A stretch of 64,000 nucleotides of DNA from the NCBI GenBank assembly GCA_964448115.1, contig CAYUVA010000004.1, forward strand, positions 62,001 to 126,000, in the 5' to 3' direction. Under the pieces are notes generated by a model. It was not told where the DNA came from. It did not search any database and saw only the letters and a program-made list of their open reading frames with translations. The number at the start of each line of letters is the position of its first letter. Within the stretch, counting starts at the first letter, position 1. A program made the translations under genes and the position numbers. This document shows, in pieces, positions 57,977 through 64,000 of this stretch. Origin of the DNA: an uncultured bacterium. GTDB lineage: Bacteria; CAYUVA01.

Positions 57977-60339
57977 TTGCTATCTTCTCTGGACTTGTAG
58001 AAGACATAGTTGATCACATCATCGATATCATCGAATAATTTAATGGCTATGCCCTTTTTGATATTAGATTCGATCTCATCGATATCGACCTTATTTTGGG
58101 CAGGCAGGATGAAAACATCCGCGCCGGCTCTTTTGGCAGCCAGCATCTTTTGCTTTATGCCGCCGATGCGCAGCACTCTGCCCCGCAGGGTTATCTCGCC
58201 GGTCATGGCGATATCCTTTGGCATCGGTATCTTGGTCAGAGCCGAATACAGGGAGCAGCAGATCGCTATCCCTGCGGAGGGACCGTCCTTGGGAATGGCT
58301 CCGGCGGGCACATGGATATGGATATCTACCTTTGAGAAATCGGTTTGGGGTATCTTCAGTTTCTCGGTGTTTGCTCTAAGGTGTGCCAAGGCAGCCATAG
58401 CGGATTCCTTCATCACTTCACCCAGCTGTCCGGTTAATGTAAGGTTCCCCTTGCCGGGCATGATCGTGGTCTCGATAAAGATGATATCTCCGCCGGTAGG
58501 CGTAACTGCCACGCCCATGACCACCCCCACCTTGTCCTCCATAAGCTCGGTTTCAGGGATATGCTGGGGAGGTCCGAGGTATTTGCCCAGGTTATTGACT
58601 GTTATCAGCTTCTTGCCCTTATCGCCCTCCACGATCTTGGTGGCTACCTTGCGACACAGGGTAGAGATGCTTCGTTCCAGGTTTCTCACCCCTGCTTCTC
58701 TGGTATAGCGGTTTATGATGCGGCGAATAGCTCCTTGGCTAATATTGATCTGCTCCTGGGTGATGCCGTTTTCCTCGAGCTGCTTGGGTATAAGGAATTT
58801 ATTTGCGATCTGCAGCTTTTCTTCCTCTATGTATCCGGGTAAGAAAAGAACCTCCATTCGGTCGATGAATGCAGGATGGATAGGCTCCAGCAGGTTAGCG
58901 GTGGTGATGAACATAACATTGCTCAGGTCAAAGGGGATCTCCAGGTAGTGATCTCTAAAATCGAAGTTCTGTTCTGGGTCGAGCACCTCGAGCAGTGCAG
59001 CCGACGGGTCTCCCCTGAAGTCGGCGCCGATCTTATCCACCTCGTCCATCATGAATACAGGATTATTCGATCCCGCCTGTCTTATTCCCTGTATGATCCT
59101 TCCCGGCAGCGCTCCCACGTAGGTTCGGCGGTGTCCCCTTATCTCCGCTTCGTCTCTCACTCCGCCCAATGATATGCGCACAAAGTTGCGCCCGAGGGCA
59201 CGAGCAATCGACCTACCCAGCGAGGTCTTGCCGGTTCCAGGTGGACCAACGAAGCAAAGGATTGGTCCCTTCATCTTCTCCTTGAGCTGCCTTACTGCCA
59301 GGTATTCGATTATCCTCTCCTTCACCTTGTCGAGATCATAGTGATCCTCATCGAGTATCTTGCGAGCTCGCTTGAGATCAAGGTTGTCTTGGGTGGACTT
59401 CTTCCAGGGCAGCTCGATGATCCAATCGAGATATGTGCGCACCACACCTGCCTCGGAGGATTCCGGATGCATCATCTCCAGGCGTTTGAGTTGCTTTAGT
59501 GCCACCTCCATTGCTTCCTTGGTGAGGTTTTCCTCATTTATTTTTTCCCTGTACTCCTCGATCTCCTTGCGCAGCTCATCCTCTTCTCCAAGCTCCTTTT
59601 GTATAGCCCTTAGCTGCTGGCGCAGGTAGTATTCCCGTTGAGACTTGTCCATCTCATCCTTGGCGTGGTCCCTTATCTCCTGTTGGATCTTGAGAAGCTC
59701 CAGCTCTTGGCTGAGGAACTCCGAGACCCTCTTTAACCGTTTTATGGGATCAATGGTCGATAGTATCTCCTGTGATTGTTCGATATTGACCTCAAGGTTG
59801 GAGATGATGAGGTCGGCAAGCCTACCTGGGTCATCGATGGAAGCGGCGATGGCGAGTATGTCGGGTAGTATCTGTTTGCCTAGCTGTGAGGCTTGTTCCA
59901 GCATCTGCTTGGCGCTGCGCATCATCGCTTCGGTCTCCACGGTCTTTTTCAAGGTAGCAGGCGTCTCCACCTTCTCGATACGGGCTTGTATATATTCTCC
60001 GGATGTGATTTGGAGCACCCTGGCTCTAGATATGCCCTGCACCAGAGCCTTTACCTTGCCATCCGGTAATTTAAGCATTCGCATGATCACGGCTGCGGTG
60101 CCGATCTCATAAAGGTTTTCCATAGTCGGTTCTTCGACCGAGGCGTCCTTTTGGGTAACCAGGATCACCATACGGTTCTCGCTCAAGGCTTTATCCACCG
60201 CTTTCACCGACTTTTCCCTACCTATGAACAGGGGAAATATCATATAGGGGAATATCACCACATCTCTTAGCGGTATGAGCGGCAACTGGCTAGGCACATC
60301 GAATTTTTGTTCTTCTTGTTTTTGGTCAGCAGCTTCCAT
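57973..60339 (-). CDS. lon: ATP-dependent Lon protease
   Basis: LPLIPLRD, GPPGTGKTS, RRTYVGALPG, PKDGPSAG. Confidence 0.98.
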   Translation of the reverse strand: MEAADQKQEEQKFDVPSQLPLIPLRDVVIFPYMIFPLFIGREKSVKAVDKALSENRMVILVTQKDASVEEPTMENLYEIGTAAVIMRMLKLPDGKVKALVQGISRARVLQITSGEYIQARIEKVETPATLKKTVETEAMMRSAKQMLEQASQLGKQILPDILAIAASIDDPGRLADLIISNLEVNIEQSQEILSTIDPIKRLKRVSEFLSQELELLKIQQEIRDHAKDEMDKSQREYYLRQQLRAIQKELGEEDELRKEIEEYREKINEENLTKEAMEVALKQLKRLEMMHPESSEAGVVRTYLDWIIELPWKKSTQDNLDLKRARKILDEDHYDLDKVKERIIEYLAVRQLKEKMKGPILCFVGPPGTGKTSLGRSIARALGRNFVRISLGGVRDEAEIRGHRRTYVGALPGRIIQGIRQAGSNNPVFMMDEVDKIGADFRGDPSAALLEVLDPEQNFDFRDHYLEIPFDLSNVMFITTANLLEPIHPAFIDRMEVLFLPGYIEEEKLQIANKFLIPKQLEENGITQEQINISQGAIRRIINRYTREAGVRNLERSISTLCRKVATKIVEGDKGKKLITVNNLGKYLGPPQHIPETELMEDKVGVVMGVAVTPTGGDIIFIETTIMPGKGNLTLTGQLGEVMKESAMAALAHLRANTEKLKIPQTDFSKVDIHIHVPAGAIPKDGPSAGIAICCSLYSALTKIPMPKDIAMTGEITLRGRVLRIGGIKQKMLAAKRAGADVFILPAQNKVDIDEIESNIKKGIAIKLFDDIDDVINYVFYKSREDSK

Positions 60340-60397
60340 AGTTCATTCCTCTCTCGTGATAGTGAGTATTATTTTAATTTATGGTTAGCTATCGAGT

Positions 60398-60874
60398 TTA
60401 CTCTTCGACGATGACATTTATCTTTGCTACCGAGCCTCTGCGATCCTTTATCTTTGGAAGGGTAATTGCCAGGATTCCGTTTGTATAGACCGCCTTGATC
60501 CCCCTTGCATTTATAGGAGCGGGTATGGAAATAACCCGCTTGAAGGCTCCAACCTGGCGCTCCATGAGGTAATATTTAGGGGTTCCCTCGCAGGGACCGC
60601 TTTTTTTCCTGCCCTGGATGGTGAGAATATTCTGAGAGAATTCGATCCGAAAGCTATCCGGCTCGCTACCGGGAACCTCTACATTGAGGATATATTCATC
60701 CTCGGTCTCAAAGGCATCCAGCGGTGGCAGATAGAGATCGGTATCCTCCTCGATCCCCTGTTGTTCGAGAAAGTTCCTCAACTCGTCAACGATCTCGGTT
60801 AGTTCCATCTTGATGTTGGAGAACTCCTTGAGCCATAGGTTTCCGAATTTATAGTCAACCATTTTTCCGCTCAA
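60398..60874 (-). CDS. Hsp20/alpha-crystallin small heat shock protein
   Basis: PPLDAFET, ERQVGAFKR, AVYTNGIL.ITLPK; start may be ATG 60862. Confidence 0.92.
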   Translation of the reverse strand: MSGKMVDYKFGNLWLKEFSNIKMELTEIVDELRNFLEQQGIEEDTDLYLPPLDAFETEDEYILNVEVPGSEPDSFRIEFSQNILTIQGRKKSGPCEGTPKYYLMERQVGAFKRVISIPAPINARGIKAVYTNGILAITLPKIKDRRGSVAKINVIVEE

Positions 60875-61100
60875 CTCCTGGTTTTTCTTTGACGATTCGA
60901 TGTTTTTTCAATCATATACATACATTATACTTCGATTAACCGATTATTCAATATTATCACTGAACTTTTCGTACCTATCCAGCCTTGCTTGAAAAGATCA
61001 ATATGGTAATATTGAAAGGTTCAAATGGATTATGGGTTACCGGGAGCCTGGGAAGGATAACCGAGGCTATAACTATCCAGTTTACCCAAGGTTGCATGGT

Positions 61101-62411
61101 ATGAGGAAGGTTTTAACGATACTCATCGCAGTATGTCTTGTACTGATCGCCGGGCTGTTTGCTGTCGGGCAGTACTTTTCCCTATGGAGTGGAAGCCTCC
61201 TGAAGCCGAAAAAGCAGGTAGATATACATGTCGAGGTTCAATTACACGATGATGATTTAGCTCCTATTAAACAGCATCTCCCAAAGAAGTACGAGATTCA
61301 GGTTACCTCCACTAACATGGAGAAGGGATTTTCTGGAACCTACATGACCGACATGAATGGCGATCTAAAGCTCTATCTTTTTACTGGCAGATATTCTTTT
61401 AATATCGACCAGACCATAATCCTATCCCAGGGGGTTTTCAGGCTCTACAGCGACCAGCTTAATAAAATAAACCTACAGGAGGATGTGAAGGTCGAGATTC
61501 CGCTTTTGGTCGAGGAGGAAAAGGATGCTGAAAGGTTGATGAGACTCATAGATAGATCCCTTGCCCAAGGCGCTCTTGAAGATGCGAAGAGGATCTGCGA
61601 TATGCTTACATATTCAGGTTACCAGGACATGGTGCAATCCAAGCGGATGATGATCGAGTCGCTATATGATATGTTGGCTCTGACCGAGACTTTACCTACC
61701 AACGCATACCTTTCATTGATCCGGATTTATAACCACATGCTGAGAACACTAGAAAATCACCTTCCTGGGCTGCCAACTGAAGAGCTAAAGATATCTCACA
61801 GTAATAGATTGATCTACCTTCAGAAGCGAATCAATACGTTACAGGAGATTCGTCGCCAGATAATCGAACAACACCTGGATGACTTCGAGAGCTTCTATCA
61901 GATCAGGCTGTATCCGATAGCCGCTGCCCAATGGGTAAAAATAATAGATGACAATGAGCTTTACGATTTAAACTATAGCCTCGAGCAACCGGTACAGAGC
62001 CGGCTGCTCCAAACCAGTGAAAAAGCAAATAGAGCTATTGAAAAAACTAGGCATATATTATATTTCAGGCTAAATAGAGCCAAGGATTACTATCAACATG
62101 GGAGACTAGACAAGTCATTGGAGCTATTCTACCAGATCGATGACATCCTTTCCAGGTTACAAAGCCTGTTTGCTTCAGAAGGCTATATAGAAAAGCAGTG
62201 CCGCTCTTATATTCAGGATATTCTTAACACCTACCAGGGCGATGAGGCATATAACATAAAAAATTACGTTCAAGCCGAAGCCTATTACCGGCGCATAGAG
62301 AACAGAACCGCTAGAATAAACGGTAGGCTGAAAAGGCTGGAAGCCTTGAATAAAGAAAAATCAAAACAAGGCATTCAACCGGTTGAGGATGCTAATTACA
62401 GCTTTTTATAG
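61101..62411 (+). CDS. Hypothetical membrane-anchored protein (beta domain plus TPR-like helices)
   Basis: Long ORF with N-terminal TM (MRKVLTILIAV); start 61032 or 61101. Confidence 0.7.
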   Translation: MRKVLTILIAVCLVLIAGLFAVGQYFSLWSGSLLKPKKQVDIHVEVQLHDDDLAPIKQHLPKKYEIQVTSTNMEKGFSGTYMTDMNGDLKLYLFTGRYSFNIDQTIILSQGVFRLYSDQLNKINLQEDVKVEIPLLVEEEKDAERLMRLIDRSLAQGALEDAKRICDMLTYSGYQDMVQSKRMMIESLYDMLALTETLPTNAYLSLIRIYNHMLRTLENHLPGLPTEELKISHSNRLIYLQKRINTLQEIRRQIIEQHLDDFESFYQIRLYPIAAAQWVKIIDDNELYDLNYSLEQPVQSRLLQTSEKANRAIEKTRHILYFRLNRAKDYYQHGRLDKSLELFYQIDDILSRLQSLFASEGYIEKQCRSYIQDILNTYQGDEAYNIKNYVQAEAYYRRIENRTARINGRLKRLEALNKEKSKQGIQPVEDANYSFL

Positions 62412-62426
62412 GATCGGAATTGGTAA

Positions 62427-63197
62427 ATGAACAAAAATGTAGATGAAAAAAAGAGATATTATCTGTCAATAGTTATCCCGGCATATAATGAAGCCAAACG
62501 AATAGGTAGCACTTTGGAACATATACTCGAATTCATGGCTAAAAAAGAATATGACTACGAGATTATCGTGGTCGATGATGGAAGCAAGGATAACACCTGC
62601 GAGGTAGTGAAAGAGAAAACAAGGGACACAAAGGCGCGAATCCTGGTCAACGAGGTCAACCAAGGCAAAGGATATACGGTCAGCAGGGGAGTATTGGCTG
62701 CTGAGGGCGAATATGTCCTCTTCTCCGATGCTGATGAATCGACCCCTATCTCCGAGCTGGATAAGCTGATGGAGGCAGTAAAGCAGGGGTATGACATTGC
62801 CATCGGCTCCCGGGCGGTTGATAGAAGCACCGTCGAGGTGCCCCAAGCCTGGCTGCGCGACATGATGGGGAGAACCTTCAATCTCATCGTCAGGGCGGTG
62901 GTTATCGGTGGCATAAAAGATACTCAGTGTGGATTCAAGCTGTTCAGGGCTGAGGCGGCGAAAAAGATCTTCCCGCGACAAAGAATCACCGGCTTTTCAT
63001 TCGATGTGGAGAGCCTATTTTTGGCTCGAAAATTCGGCTATAAGATCGTTGAGATCCCGGTTCGATGGATCAACTCACCCGCATCGACAGTTCACCCGAT
63101 AAGGGATTCGGCAAGAATGTTCAGGGATGTGCTTAGGATAAGGTGGATGGACTTAAAGGGGTTATATAACGATAATAATCCACAAAATAAGCGCTAG
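62427..63197 (+). CDS. GT2 polyprenol-phosphate glycosyltransferase (Dol-P-Glc/Man synthase-like)
   Basis: SIVIPAYNE, VDDGSKD, NQGKG, FSDAD.S, DTQCGFKLF, FDVE. Confidence 0.93.
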   Translation: MNKNVDEKKRYYLSIVIPAYNEAKRIGSTLEHILEFMAKKEYDYEIIVVDDGSKDNTCEVVKEKTRDTKARILVNEVNQGKGYTVSRGVLAAEGEYVLFSDADESTPISELDKLMEAVKQGYDIAIGSRAVDRSTVEVPQAWLRDMMGRTFNLIVRAVVIGGIKDTQCGFKLFRAEAAKKIFPRQRITGFSFDVESLFLARKFGYKIVEIPVRWINSPASTVHPIRDSARMFRDVLRIRWMDLKGLYNDNNPQNKR

Positions 63198-63238
63198 GAA
63201 ACGCTAACATACTAGGTACGAAATAGACTAGGGAGTTA

Positions 63239-64000
63239 ATGATGGGCGACCAAGATAATAATAAGACCAACCAACAGGGAGAGGTGAAAAGCTCGGCAAG
63301 GAGCAACCAGGGAGATAAAGCAAAGGCTGCCTTGGCAAAGAAGCCTACCGAGAGACGAATAGTTGCGACCTTGCGACCGGACCAGCTCTCCCTGATGAAC
63401 ATCTTCAGAGCCAACCGGTTTCTCATTATTCTTGTAGGTATCCTTATCATTGCCTCCTTTGCCAGGCTGAACCATCTGGATGAGAAACCGTTCCACCATG
63501 ACGAGAGCCTTTATTCCAAGTACTACTGGCTGCTCTGGAAGGGGCATGGCTACGAGTACGATCCCATGCAGCACGGTCCCTGGCAGTTCCACTGGGGAGC
63601 TTTTATATTCTTTCTCTTCGGCGACTCGGACTGGACGGCGAGGCTGACCATCGCCTCGATCTCGATATTCTTCATCTGGCTATTATCTCGATTCAGACCT
63701 TTTATAGGGGAATCCTCAACCCTTATCCTGTGTTCTCTCACTGCCATATCCCCGATAATGATGTATTATGGGAGGATGGTGCGTGAAGATCCGCACTTTT
63801 TGTTCTTCAATACCTTGCTTCCCTTGGCATATCTTTTCTGGCTGCGTACAAAGAAAAACATTTACCTGTACATTACCGTTGCCTCCTTCGCCATGCTCTA
63901 CTGCATCAAGGAGAACGCCTTTGTCTCCACTTTAATATTCATTTCTTTTGCCGTGTTTTATGCGGTCTTCGAGACCTTCATAAAGAAGGAGGAAAGGGAT
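63239..64000 (+). CDS. GT-C membrane protein, TIGR03663/Agl23-like; runs off the window end (absent from ORF track)
   Basis: Manual translation: RLNHLDEKPFHHDES...YEYDPMQHGP...LFGDSDWTARL...KEN; RBS GGGAG. Confidence 0.82.
   Translation, partial: MMGDQDNNKTNQQGEVKSSARSNQGDKAKAALAKKPTERRIVATLRPDQLSLMNIFRANRFLIILVGILIIASFARLNHLDEKPFHHDESLYSKYYWLLWKGHGYEYDPMQHGPWQFHWGAFIFFLFGDSDWTARLTIASISIFFIWLLSRFRPFIGESSTLILCSLTAISPIMMYYGRMVREDPHFLFFNTLLPLAYLFWLRTKKNIYLYITVASFAMLYCIKENAFVSTLIFISFAVFYAVFETFIKKEERD

Noticed and set aside
58010-58708. 232-aa plus-strand ORF and other long antisense ORFs over lon, ffh and recD2
   Set aside because: Antisense shadows of conserved genes.

Overview
64-kb chromosomal segment of a probably anaerobic, diderm bacterium (waaF, lipoproteins, type IV pilin, class III RNR homologue). 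It may belong to an uncultured lineage, but taxonomy cannot be fixed from this window alone. Housekeeping blocks are ffh-rpsP-khpA-rimM-trmD-SPOUT, rnpB, recD2, dusB, aroC and hsp20-lon-thiL-ECF sigma/anti-sigma. They are interleaved with a cell-surface and glycosylation repertoire: seven GT-C-type membrane glycosyltransferases, a Dol-P-sugar synthase-like GT2, a sigma54-type pilin and four exported proteins with Thr/Pro linkers. Main unexplained signals: (1) a ~100-aa domain ending in 'WPYL', found stand-alone, C-terminally and N-terminally in three unrelated exported proteins, a candidate surface-anchoring or sorting module; (2) an IPTL-CTERM-like signal plus a second hydrophobic helix inside a domain near a protein N-terminus; (3) an intact NrdD homologue lacking both catalytic cysteines, with an altered glycyl-radical motif. 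Also seen: an AT-rich glycosyltransferase islet, an 8-bp tandem repeat at the recD2 stop, several REP-like elements, a dispersed ~100-bp repeat and an orphan perfect Shine-Dalgarno. No CRISPR array, tRNA, rRNA or transposase was seen. All family calls come from motif recognition by eye, not database searches.
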